Below are positions 38,099 through 46,800 of a stretch of DNA of 64,000 nucleotides, one piece after another. The position numbers and the translations under genes are program-made. Each line of letters opens with the position of its first letter. Within the stretch, counting starts at the first letter, position 1. Origin of the DNA: a virus; the IMG/VR virus record IMGVR_UViG_3300024348_000008. One strand, 5' to 3'. The notes beneath the pieces were generated by a model. The model saw only the letters and a program-made list of their open reading frames with translations. It made no database searches and had not been told where the DNA came from.

Positions 38099-38119
38099 TA
38101 TGGAAATAAACCGAGGATT

Positions 38120-39391
38120 ATGATTAAGTCATTCAGTCAATATATTGTTGAGGCAGACAATAAAGCAATTACGTTTGTATTTGGGAGGTTCAATCCACCC
38201 ACTAACGGACATGAAGTATTGTTTAATAAGTTAAAGGCCGTTTCTAAGGGTTCATATAGGATTTATTCTTCTAAGAGTGAAGATCCAAAAAAGAATCCAT
38301 TATCATTCAAAGATAAAGTAAAATTCTTACGTAAAATGTTTCCAAAGCATGCTCGTTCTATCATGGCAGATAAGAATGTAAGAACTGCAATGGATATATG
38401 TGTATTATTATATGATCAAGGATATACAGAAGTATCAATGGTTGTAGGTTCAGATCGTTTACAAGAATTTGACAAATTACTCAATAAATATAATAATGTT
38501 AAATCTAGACATGGTTATTATAATTTCGAAAACGGTATTAGTGTAATATCTGCAGGAGAAAGAGATCCTGATGCAGATGATGCAAGTGGTATGTCAGCGT
38601 CAAAAATGAGAGCTGCGGCCGCAGGAAACGATTTCGATCTATTCTCTAAAGGTTTACCTAAAACATATAAAGATGGAACATCATTATTTAATGCGGTTCG
38701 TAAAGGTTTAGGACTTAAAGAAACATATAACCATTATAAAAAAATTAAGCTTGATTCAGTATCAGATCTTAGAGAATCTTATATTGAAGGAAATTTGTTT
38801 CATGAAGGACAAAAGGTTATATTAAAAGAAACAAAAGAGTTTGGAACGATTAAAATGTTAGGTTCTAATTATGTTTCAGTAGTAATTAATAAAGGCGAAA
38901 AACCTAAAAGATATTGGTTAGAAGACGTTTCTATAGTAGAAGAACATGGAGGCGGTGATATTGGAACACCAGATCTTATAAATAGATATCAGAAGGACAC
39001 TCCTGGTGAAAATAAAGGTTGGAAAACGTTTTTGGCTTTTGCAACAGAAGAAGAATTCAAAAGAAAAAATTTAAAACCGGATTGGTTCATGACAAAAAGC
39101 TTTGCTGAAATAAGAACTGGATTAAAAGAAGGTACTATGGAAACTGGTATTTTTTCTGATAATAAAGATGAAGCTGAAAAGATGGCTGCCGAATTAGTTA
39201 TGTTCATGAGAAAAAATAAAGATGTGAAAGTTGGAGATGAAGCTTCACAAGCTTATGCAGATGGAATAACTAAATATATATATGACGATAAATTGTTAGA
39301 TGCATTAGATGCAGAAACTGGAAAAACGGGCGAAGACTGTAATAGTATAGTTGCAGCTAGACTTAAAGAATTGGGAGTTAAAATACACTAA
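38120..39391 (+). CDS. cytidyltransferase-like (HxGH) nucleotidyltransferase with C-terminal extension
   Basis: FGRFNPPTNGH, VGSDR, SAGERDPD, MSASKMR. Confidence 0.85.
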   Translation: MIKSFSQYIVEADNKAITFVFGRFNPPTNGHEVLFNKLKAVSKGSYRIYSSKSEDPKKNPLSFKDKVKFLRKMFPKHARSIMADKNVRTAMDICVLLYDQGYTEVSMVVGSDRLQEFDKLLNKYNNVKSRHGYYNFENGISVISAGERDPDADDASGMSASKMRAAAAGNDFDLFSKGLPKTYKDGTSLFNAVRKGLGLKETYNHYKKIKLDSVSDLRESYIEGNLFHEGQKVILKETKEFGTIKMLGSNYVSVVINKGEKPKRYWLEDVSIVEEHGGGDIGTPDLINRYQKDTPGENKGWKTFLAFATEEEFKRKNLKPDWFMTKSFAEIRTGLKEGTMETGIFSDNKDEAEKMAAELVMFMRKNKDVKVGDEASQAYADGITKYIYDDKLLDALDAETGKTGEDCNSIVAARLKELGVKIH

Positions 39392-39717
39392 TATGAAAAA
39401 ATTTAAAGAAATAAAAGAAATGTGTGAAGTGTTATTGAGCGAAAAGGCAAGTCAGGCTATGTTTGTTGTTGTACAAGGATCGAAGTATAAGGTTTTAGGT
39501 CAATTTAAAGACAAACGAAAAGCAATAGATTTAATGAAAAAGAATCCAAAGTCTAAGATTGTTCAAATCGGTAAATTTGCTACAGTTGATGGTAAACCAG
39601 TTGATATTAAAGTCGGTGATGAAATGTCTTACACAAGATTTAAAATGTCTACTAAGATCAAAGAAGAAGCGAATAAAAACATAAAGAGAACTAATATGAA
39701 AAAATTTAAAGAAATAA
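39387..39717 (+). repeat. 28-bp direct repeat (39387-39414 and 39690-39717)
   Basis: ACTAATATGAAAAAATTTAAAGAAATAA occurs twice, 303 bp apart. Confidence 0.9.
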
Positions 39718-39941
39718 GAGAAAATGTTGATGAAGGATTGGGTAATTCAACCCCAAATGTTAAGAAAAAAACCGGCATTGGTACTGATGGTACAGTATTT
39801 AATATTCCAGGTAAAAAACCTGGGTCTGTATTCCATGTTAAACCAAGACTTGATGGAAATACTTTAAAATTTGGAACAGTCAATAATTTTGGCGATATTA
39901 AAGTAATGACTATTAAAGAATTAGAAAAGGTATTAAGATAA
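39393..39941 (+). CDS. hypothetical protein, apparently two fused MKKFKEI-initiated modules
   Basis: ATG 39393 and in-frame internal ATG 39696, each inside a 28-bp direct repeat. Confidence 0.65.
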   Translation: MKKFKEIKEMCEVLLSEKASQAMFVVVQGSKYKVLGQFKDKRKAIDLMKKNPKSKIVQIGKFATVDGKPVDIKVGDEMSYTRFKMSTKIKEEANKNIKRTNMKKFKEIRENVDEGLGNSTPNVKKKTGIGTDGTVFNIPGKKPGSVFHVKPRLDGNTLKFGTVNNFGDIKVMTIKELEKVLR

Positions 39942-40246
39942 TGAAAGGTTTTAAAGATTTTTATAGCACAAAAGAAATTACAATTTCTATTACTCCTGTT
40001 ATAGCAGCAGATTTAAGTTCTTCTTTGGTTGAAAAGAAATTAACAATAGATATAGATTGGATTGGTAATAATAAAGAAACCAAAGACACTGAAAAGAAAT
40101 TCAAAATAAAAATAAAAGCAAACCAAAGACAAGGTACAGCAGATGTAACTGGTGATAATAAGCAAATATTAAAAATGCTTACAGATCCAGATGTATATGG
40201 TTGGGATAAAGCCGATGTTTTAGATGTTTGGCCGGAGCTAAAATAA
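39941..40246 (+). CDS. hypothetical protein (MKGFKDF start)
   Basis: Coupled ORF. Confidence 0.7.
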   Translation: MKGFKDFYSTKEITISITPVIAADLSSSLVEKKLTIDIDWIGNNKETKDTEKKFKIKIKANQRQGTADVTGDNKQILKMLTDPDVYGWDKADVLDVWPELK

Positions 40247-40476
40247 TGAAAACATTTAAAGAAATGCGAAACGAAGATGCTTTTGATAAATCAAAAGGTG
40301 CATTCATAGGTAACATTGAAAAGTCAGTTAAACAGATCGAGCTTTGGATTAAACAAATCGAAAAAATGGATAAACAAGGCGAAAATGCTGGTCAAATGAA
40401 AAAAGATGTATCAATATTAAAAAAAGATTTAGAAAAATTTAAGATGAGATTGTCAAAGTTGGCCGTATTAATTTAA
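40246..40476 (+). CDS. hypothetical protein (MKTFKEM start)
   Basis: ATG 40246 overlaps the upstream stop. Confidence 0.7.
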   Translation: MKTFKEMRNEDAFDKSKGAFIGNIEKSVKQIELWIKQIEKMDKQGENAGQMKKDVSILKKDLEKFKMRLSKLAVLI

Positions 40477-40486
40477 GGAATAAACT

Positions 40487-41179
40487 ATGAAAACATTAAA
40501 ACAAATAAGAGAATTTAAGCACAGCATGACATTTTATGATGTTAAATCTGCTGAGGCCGCAGAAAAAAAATTAAAAACATTTAAGCTTAAAGGCAATAGT
40601 AGCTCTAAAGGTGGAAAATATAAAATCGACGTTGTAGGCAAATTTAGTGATATTGAAAAGTGGTTGGATAGTCTTCCTGAAAATAAAGAAGATAAGAGTG
40701 AAGCTTTAAAAAATGTATATACCGTTTCTGTTCTTTTCAGAGACGAGAAAAAAGCTAAAGCATTTAGTAAAGATAGGAATCTTCTTAAACTTGCAAAAGT
40801 TACAGGAATCGAAAAAACTCAACTGAGATTTAATAAAATTGGTTGGACTGTAGATTTAGAATCTGAAAATAATAATATTGCTCAAAATCCTATTAATAAA
40901 AAGATAGAAGCAATTAAAGCTAAATATGAAACAGATGTAAAAGAAGCATCAGTAGCTGATGATGATCAAAAAGCAGCTGCAAAACTTAATAGCGATTTAA
41001 GCTTAATAATTTATGAGATAGATAAAGCAATGTCTATAATTGATAAGAATTTATCTTCATTTGGATCTCCTGGTTTAAAATCCGCATTTACTCAAGCTAT
41101 CAAATCTGGTTTAAGAAAAACAGGAACCTTTGATATAAAAACTGCTAATAATATATTAAAGGGTTATTACAAAAGATAA
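40487..41179 (+). CDS. hypothetical protein (MKTLKQIRE start)
   Basis: ORF with AAGGA SD. Confidence 0.7.
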   Translation: MKTLKQIREFKHSMTFYDVKSAEAAEKKLKTFKLKGNSSSKGGKYKIDVVGKFSDIEKWLDSLPENKEDKSEALKNVYTVSVLFRDEKKAKAFSKDRNLLKLAKVTGIEKTQLRFNKIGWTVDLESENNNIAQNPINKKIEAIKAKYETDVKEASVADDDQKAAAKLNSDLSLIIYEIDKAMSIIDKNLSSFGSPGLKSAFTQAIKSGLRKTGTFDIKTANNILKGYYKR

Positions 41180-41613
41180 TGTCAAAAAATAAAATAGTTA
41201 AAGATTTTGTTTCGAAATGGAAATATAGAACTGATAAAGAACAATATGGTGCTGCAGATTCTTGGAAAATTATCTATAGTACTAATGCATCAGGTAAGTA
41301 TGTTGGAGATTGTGAAGATTTTTCATTATCAATTTTATGGAGACTTAAAGGTGAAAGTCATCTAAAATTTTGGTGGTCACTTATAACAAGAGAAGCCGGA
41401 ATATGTTTAGTTGGACCAAGTAAGTGGAAAGTATCACATGCGGTTTTAAGATACCAAGGTGAATACGTTGATAATTGGACTAGAAAGTTTGGTCCTAAAA
41501 CTGAGATTGAAAAAAACCATACATTCCATATATGGTTTGGATATGGTTGGGCATATCAAGTTGCGCTTAAAATGATATTAAGCAAAATTGTGAGAACAAT
41601 TAAAGGAACATAA
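41179..41613 (+). CDS. transglutaminase-like cysteine peptidase (BTLCP-like)
   Basis: GDCEDF, SHAVL, VDN Cys-His-Asp triad. Confidence 0.75.
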   Translation: MSKNKIVKDFVSKWKYRTDKEQYGAADSWKIIYSTNASGKYVGDCEDFSLSILWRLKGESHLKFWWSLITREAGICLVGPSKWKVSHAVLRYQGEYVDNWTRKFGPKTEIEKNHTFHIWFGYGWAYQVALKMILSKIVRTIKGT

Positions 41614-41858
41614 TGTATACATTTAAACAATATACTTTAGATGAAAGTTTAGATGAAGCTCCATTAGTAATGCATGATATGGATATAGTAGATACTTTAT
41701 TAAAAAAAATAAGAGATGATATATCTAAAGATAGACAAAAAAAGCAAGGTGAAAAGAACTGGCCGGTTCTTCAACAATTAGCTAAAATTGCTGGATATGG
41801 GATTACTAAAAAGGGCCAAGCTAAAAATAAAACATTTAGATACGATCTAAAAAAATGA
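41613..41858 (+). CDS. hypothetical protein (MYTFKQY...LDE start)
   Basis: Coupled ORF. Confidence 0.7.
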   Translation: MYTFKQYTLDESLDEAPLVMHDMDIVDTLLKKIRDDISKDRQKKQGEKNWPVLQQLAKIAGYGITKKGQAKNKTFRYDLKK

Positions 41859-41897
41859 TATAAGTACAAGGGGGCACAAGCTCTAATGGAAAATTAA

Positions 41898-42236
41898 ATG
41901 GTTACTAAACAACAACGAGGTATGTCTCCCGAAGACATCGAACAAGTTAAGAGAGAACATATGAATCAATCTGATAGATTAGATAGAATTGAAGAAAAAA
42001 TTGATAAGATGTCTGAGGCTATCATTAGTATTGCTCGTGCCGAAGAAAAAATTATGACACTTACATCATATAGTAAGCAAAATGCAGAAACTGTACAAAC
42101 TTTATTAAGAAGATTAGAAAGATTAGAGGGAACAGTAAACGCAAATGCGGCCGTTGTGAAAATTATTAACAAAATGTTTTGGATTGTAATAGCAGCAGCT
42201 GCTGCTAGTATTTCCGGACTAGTATTAATGCAATAA
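41898..42236 (+). CDS. coiled-coil protein with C-terminal TM segment
   Basis: RLDRIEEKIDK...; hydrophobic C-terminus. Confidence 0.7.
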   Translation: MVTKQQRGMSPEDIEQVKREHMNQSDRLDRIEEKIDKMSEAIISIARAEEKIMTLTSYSKQNAETVQTLLRRLERLEGTVNANAAVVKIINKMFWIVIAAAAASISGLVLMQ

Positions 42237-42249
42237 ATAGGAGAAAATT

Positions 42250-42969
42250 ATGAAATTGCAAGATAAAGAAACTCTAAACGTTGCACAAGCAGTGAAAGAC
42301 GTATTAGAAGGTAAAAAGCCTGCAGTTGAAGAGATGAAATATCCACATACGATGTATCATCCTGAAACTGGCGAAGAAGAAACTGCTACCAATGAAGAAG
42401 AGCACAAAGCTTTATCTGCCAAAGGTTATACTCATGAGAAAAAAGAATCTCCTGAAGAACCTAAAGCTAAAGGTGAAAAAGACTTTAAAGATAAGCATGT
42501 GGTTAAGAAAACTGGTGTTGATACTAAAGGTGTTGTAACAAAAGAAAGTGTAGAAGACGATGAAGAAGTCGCTGATCCATTGCCTGAAATTACTCCTCCG
42601 GGTACAGCAGTAGATACTGAAATTTTTGAAGCTAAGTTTTCACCAGCCTTAATAAAGAAAGCAATTGCAATTGCTAATTCAAAAAAATATAAAGATTATT
42701 ATAGTGGAGCCTACAGAGCAATTGAAAAATTAAAGAAAGGTTTAGAAGATGACCCTCAAGTATTAGCTGCATTAAAAGCAGCCAATGAAGGTGTCGAAAA
42801 AGATGTCAAGAAAGAAGAATCTGATAAGCAAAAGAAATATCAGGCATTTTTTCAAAAAGCACTTAAGAAGTTTGGTGTAGATTCTCCTGCTGAATTAGAA
42901 GGCGATAAGAAGAAAGAATTCTTTGATTATGTTGATAAAAATTACGAAGCAGATAACGAAGAAGATTAA
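42250..42969 (+). CDS. acidic putative head/prohead protein
   Basis: Glu-rich; C-terminal YQAFFQKALKKFGV.SPAEL...KKEFFDYVDKNY. Confidence 0.7.
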   Translation: MKLQDKETLNVAQAVKDVLEGKKPAVEEMKYPHTMYHPETGEEETATNEEEHKALSAKGYTHEKKESPEEPKAKGEKDFKDKHVVKKTGVDTKGVVTKESVEDDEEVADPLPEITPPGTAVDTEIFEAKFSPALIKKAIAIANSKKYKDYYSGAYRAIEKLKKGLEDDPQVLAALKAANEGVEKDVKKEESDKQKKYQAFFQKALKKFGVDSPAELEGDKKKEFFDYVDKNYEADNEED

Positions 42970-43028
42970 AATAATGTAAATATCTTATATAAGTAGTACT
43001 GTAACTACTAATAATATATAGGAATATA

Positions 43029-43397
43029 ATGAAACTTTTTGATAAACTGACTTTAAGAAATTTTGAAATGTATGCGGCTCAGCATTATAATAATCCTGAA
43101 GCTACAGATATCGAAGAATTTAAAGAAGATTTAAGTCGTTTTAAATATTTAAAGCGGCTTTTAAAACGATATGAAATGCAAGGCGATTTACAAGAACGAT
43201 TAATTCTTAATCATTTAATTGTAATATATAATGTTTTTGGTATAGAAGCTGCAGATAGGATGGTTTGGTTTAAAATTAATAAAGAACATTATGGATATAT
43301 TAAACCATTTTTAATATTTCTTTCTTTTTTAAAGGAAACAGATAAGACTGAAATCCAAATGGACGATAATATTATAGCAAAGTTAAGAAACATATGA
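43029..43397 (+). CDS. conserved T4-like hypothetical protein
   Basis: NF.MYA.QHYNNP...EF.EDL.RFKYLKRL...ERLILNHLI. Confidence 0.8.
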   Translation: MKLFDKLTLRNFEMYAAQHYNNPEATDIEEFKEDLSRFKYLKRLLKRYEMQGDLQERLILNHLIVIYNVFGIEAADRMVWFKINKEHYGYIKPFLIFLSFLKETDKTEIQMDDNIIAKLRNI

Positions 43398-44011
43398 TAC
43401 AAGAACAGGTAAAATATACAGATATTAGAGAAGGCCTCTTAAGTCGTGCTGGTGATACAGTTTATGCTTTTAGGTTTGTTCGCTTGCTTGTACAAAAGTG
43501 GGAAAAAACAGAAGCTTTTAAATTGGGTATTATTGATAAAAATGGTAAAAAAATAAAAAAACCTACATTACCAGCAGAAAAAGCCGCTTATACTTATTTT
43601 CATAGATTAGTCTATAATATTAAAAGATTAATAGGAAAAATTCCATTTGGTAAATCTGCTTTAGCTTCATGGGCAACTGCATTATTTTTATTAAAAGAAC
43701 AAACTGGATTAACTGATGCAGAAATAGAAAAAGCCTTTGAAGGAATTCTTGATTTTGATTCAACAGAATTAAAGGAATCTACTGAAACGTGGATTCAATC
43801 AGATGGAAATTTAAATCCAGGAAAATACATATTAACTCAAGACATTATGTCACCATCAACGGCAGATTTTATTGGACTAAAAGGAACAACAGTATTAGCA
43901 GAAGATTTTCTAAAACCTTTTGGATTTATATTTGAAACTCCAATATATTTAGTAAAACATGAGTTAACAAAACATAATTTATATATATCTATTGGAGACA
44001 TAAAAAGATGA
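43394..44011 (+). CDS. conserved T4-like hypothetical protein
   Basis: YAFRF.RLL...AFKLGIIDKNGK...YTYFHRLV.NIKR. Confidence 0.8.
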   Translation: MIQEQVKYTDIREGLLSRAGDTVYAFRFVRLLVQKWEKTEAFKLGIIDKNGKKIKKPTLPAEKAAYTYFHRLVYNIKRLIGKIPFGKSALASWATALFLLKEQTGLTDAEIEKAFEGILDFDSTELKESTETWIQSDGNLNPGKYILTQDIMSPSTADFIGLKGTTVLAEDFLKPFGFIFETPIYLVKHELTKHNLYISIGDIKR

Positions 44012-44250
44012 AATTAGAAACGTTTAAAAAGTGGGAATTAGCTGCCCATTGCCAAGAGGATGCAGCTGCAAATTCAGTATCATCTGGTGGAGTTTCTATG
44101 CCAGCTGACGCAGTACACGACAAAAAGAAAAAAAGAGCCACACCTCAATATGATGGTAGAACAAAACTAGGAAGAAAATTTGTTGAAAGAATGAATTCTA
44201 GAAGAGCAGCTAGAGAAGCAAAGAAAGAAGCAGCTAAACTACAACAATAA
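44008..44250 (+). CDS. hypothetical protein
   Basis: EDAAANS...YDGRTK. Confidence 0.7.
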   Translation: MKLETFKKWELAAHCQEDAAANSVSSGGVSMPADAVHDKKKKRATPQYDGRTKLGRKFVERMNSRRAAREAKKEAAKLQQ

Positions 44251-44519
44251 TGAAACGGTTTTTTGTTAGTATTAAAAATCTTTTAGTAAGATTTTGGTTA
44301 TGGATTCTAAGTTGGTTTGAAACGCATCAATATCTTTACGTATCACATAATCAATATAATAGTGAAGGTGAAGTAATAGATGTATTAGAAAGAAAATTCA
44401 AAGTGCGAAAATTCTATAAATGCACACAAAAACATATGAAATTTAAAACTATGGATGGAAATATAGTAGTTCTTAAAACTGCAACACCCATGGATTATAT
44501 GACGGAGACAATAGACTAA
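44250..44519 (+). CDS. hypothetical protein
   Basis: Coupled ORF. Confidence 0.65.
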   Translation: MKRFFVSIKNLLVRFWLWILSWFETHQYLYVSHNQYNSEGEVIDVLERKFKVRKFYKCTQKHMKFKTMDGNIVVLKTATPMDYMTETID

Positions 44520-44734
44520 TGATAGAAAAAATAATAGCCGAAAATCTAGGTATAAATCAAGATTCAATTAAAGATATATCCGATTTTAAGAAAGATCTTG
44601 GAGCAGATTCATTAAATTTAGTAGAAGTAGTAATGGCCATAGAAGAAGAGTTTGATATAGAAATTCCTGATGAAGACGTTGAAACTATTTTTACTGTAGG
44701 TGAACTAAAACAGTATATTGAGGATAATTCATAA
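44519..44734 (+). CDS. acpP: acyl carrier protein
   Basis: DLGADSL phosphopantetheine site; VMAIEEEFDIEIPDE. Confidence 0.93.
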   Translation: MIEKIIAENLGINQDSIKDISDFKKDLGADSLNLVEVVMAIEEEFDIEIPDEDVETIFTVGELKQYIEDNS

Positions 44735-45129
44735 TGCAACAAATATTGATAGGAATTATTATAGTTCTAGGACTTGGAGGATATTTTTTATATGATCAAA
44801 ATATTACTCTTAAAGCAAATAATGCTAAATTAGAAATTGCAATTGCTCAACAAGAAGAAACAATTGTAGTTATGAAAGAAAGTTATGAGAAACAAGGTGC
44901 TTCCTTAAATAAAATGGTAAGTAGAAATGCTCAGATTGAAGCTGAGATGAATGGTTATCTGGATATATTTAGGAGACATAATTTAAATAAATTAGCAATC
45001 GCTAAACCAGGCATGATTGAAACAAGGGCCAATGATCAAACACGGGCCGTATTTGAGAGTATAGAAAATGACAGTAAAGAACTCGATTCGCTGGATGATC
45101 CCAGCACTGATATTAACCCTAATAACTAG
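44734..45129 (+). CDS. putative inner-membrane spanin (Rz-like)
   Basis: N-terminal TM plus coiled coil, KPG.IE motif; 3' end overlaps a lipoprotein gene. Confidence 0.7.
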   Translation: MQQILIGIIIVLGLGGYFLYDQNITLKANNAKLEIAIAQQEETIVVMKESYEKQGASLNKMVSRNAQIEAEMNGYLDIFRRHNLNKLAIAKPGMIETRANDQTRAVFESIENDSKELDSLDDPSTDINPNN

Positions 45130-45625
45130 TGGTTGTTCCTTAATGGGAACTAAGGAGATCAAAGTATCTTCTAAACCAATTGTAATTGATATAATTCAAC
45201 CAACAATGCCTAGAACTATTGATTTAAAAGAACCAATGTGGCATGTGGTATCAACTGCAAAAATAGCTAATCCTTGTATTAAAGATGAAGAAGGTAAAAG
45301 ACCTAAAATAGATCATCCTGAGGGTAAGCTAAGTGATAAAGGTAAAGTTATTAGAGTATGCAAGTTAGGAAAAGAAAATAACTGGCCAGAAGGTTACACA
45401 TATTTAGATAAATTCTTAGATGATGTAAAGAAAAAGAACAATGGTGATATAGTATTTTTTGCTATATCTGTTGAGGATTATGAATTAATGACTTATAATA
45501 TGCAAGAATTGCGTAGATATATACGCGAAGTGCAAGAGGTCGTAATTTATTATAGAAATGTAACAATAAAGACTCCTAATGGTAATAAGCCGGGAATAGG
45601 AGCTGAAGTAGAGGTGAACAAATAA
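45095..45625 (+). CDS. putative outer-membrane spanin lipoprotein (Rz1-like)
   Basis: MIPALILTLITSG|C lipobox, Pro-rich linker, C-terminal ..NMQELRRYI....VIYYR. Confidence 0.7.
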   Translation: MIPALILTLITSGCSLMGTKEIKVSSKPIVIDIIQPTMPRTIDLKEPMWHVVSTAKIANPCIKDEEGKRPKIDHPEGKLSDKGKVIRVCKLGKENNWPEGYTYLDKFLDDVKKKNNGDIVFFAISVEDYELMTYNMQELRRYIREVQEVVIYYRNVTIKTPNGNKPGIGAEVEVNK

Positions 45626-46383
45626 TGGCATCAACAAGAATGATAGAAGATAGAACTCAAATAGGAAGAGCATTAATAGCAGCAAAATTATCTGCACACG
45701 CATATCGTCCTGCAAAATCAGCAGTGGCAGCATGTAAAAAAATGGGATTCCCATGGGCAAGTTTAATTTCTAAAGGTGGAGCAGAAGTATTAATAGCAAA
45801 AGATCGTAATGATCTTTGGTTTGCATTTAGAGGAACAGAACCATCAAAACTTAATGATGTAACTGCTGATCTTAAATTAATTAAAAACTCTGCAATGGCT
45901 GGTGGAAAAGTACATTCAGGATTTCAAGATGAAGTAAATGACCTTTGGATGGATATTCTTAAAGAGCTTGAACACAATTCTAATTTAAAAATACAAAAAG
46001 ATGTTTATATGTGTGGTCACTCTCTTGGAGCTGCAATGGCAACGATCGCTGCTACTAGACATCAACCAGTCGAATTATTCACGTTTGGATCTCCAAGAGT
46101 TGGAGGACCAAAATTTATAAAAAATATCAAATGTCCGCATTTAAGATTTCAAAACAATAATGATATTGTAACAAGAATCCCACCAGCATGGTTAGGATTT
46201 AGGCATCATGGAAATATGATTTACTTTAATCGTTTTGGAGATCGACAATTAAAACCAACCTGGAAAGATCTATTTTTCGGAATTGCTAATTCTTGGAAAA
46301 AGTTTAAATTCTTTGATGGAATAGTAGATCATGGAATGCCCAATTACGTAAAAGCTATTACTAAATTATCAAAAGTAAAATAA
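45625..46383 (+). CDS. class 3 lipase (alpha/beta hydrolase)
   Basis: FAFRGTE, VHSGF, GHSLGAAMA, TFGSPRVG, DIVTRIP, DH. Confidence 0.93.
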   Translation: MASTRMIEDRTQIGRALIAAKLSAHAYRPAKSAVAACKKMGFPWASLISKGGAEVLIAKDRNDLWFAFRGTEPSKLNDVTADLKLIKNSAMAGGKVHSGFQDEVNDLWMDILKELEHNSNLKIQKDVYMCGHSLGAAMATIAATRHQPVELFTFGSPRVGGPKFIKNIKCPHLRFQNNNDIVTRIPPAWLGFRHHGNMIYFNRFGDRQLKPTWKDLFFGIANSWKKFKFFDGIVDHGMPNYVKAITKLSKVK

Positions 46384-46387
46384 AGCA

Positions 46388-46416
46388 TGTACAAACATAC
46401 TAAAATATGGTATAAT
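46388..46416 (+). promoter_or_regulatory. early promoter
   Basis: TGTACA-N17-TATAAT. Confidence 0.8.
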
Positions 46417-46445
46417 ATCCCTATAACAAAAATAAGGAATGGGTA

Positions 46446-46739
46446 ATGTATTGGTTAACTATATTAACACTTAAATCTATATTATCATCGGTGATTGGAA
46501 GTTCATTTTATAATTGGTTTCAAGATACTAAATTAGGTATATGGTTTCAAAAAAAAGTAGATCTATTTATGGACCATTTTGCTGAAAAATATGATTTAGA
46601 ATTAGCAAAAACAGAGTCAAAATTTAGAAAACAATATCCAATTCAAGCAGACAGATTAGATGCTTTAGAAGAAGATTTTGGAGTAATATGGGAATTACAT
46701 ACAAAAGAAATTGTAAAACACCTAGATAAAAAGAAATAA
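46446..46739 (+). CDS. hypothetical protein
   Basis: ORF between two early promoters. Confidence 0.7.
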   Translation: MYWLTILTLKSILSSVIGSSFYNWFQDTKLGIWFQKKVDLFMDHFAEKYDLELAKTESKFRKQYPIQADRLDALEEDFGVIWELHTKEIVKHLDKKK

Positions 46740-46743
46740 AGCA

Positions 46744-46772
46744 TGTACAATATATCACATGTGTGGTATAAT
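46744..46772 (+). promoter_or_regulatory. early promoter of nrdA
   Basis: TGTACA-N17-TATAAT. Confidence 0.8.
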
Positions 46773-46800
46773 ATGATTTATATAATGATTGGAATATAAT

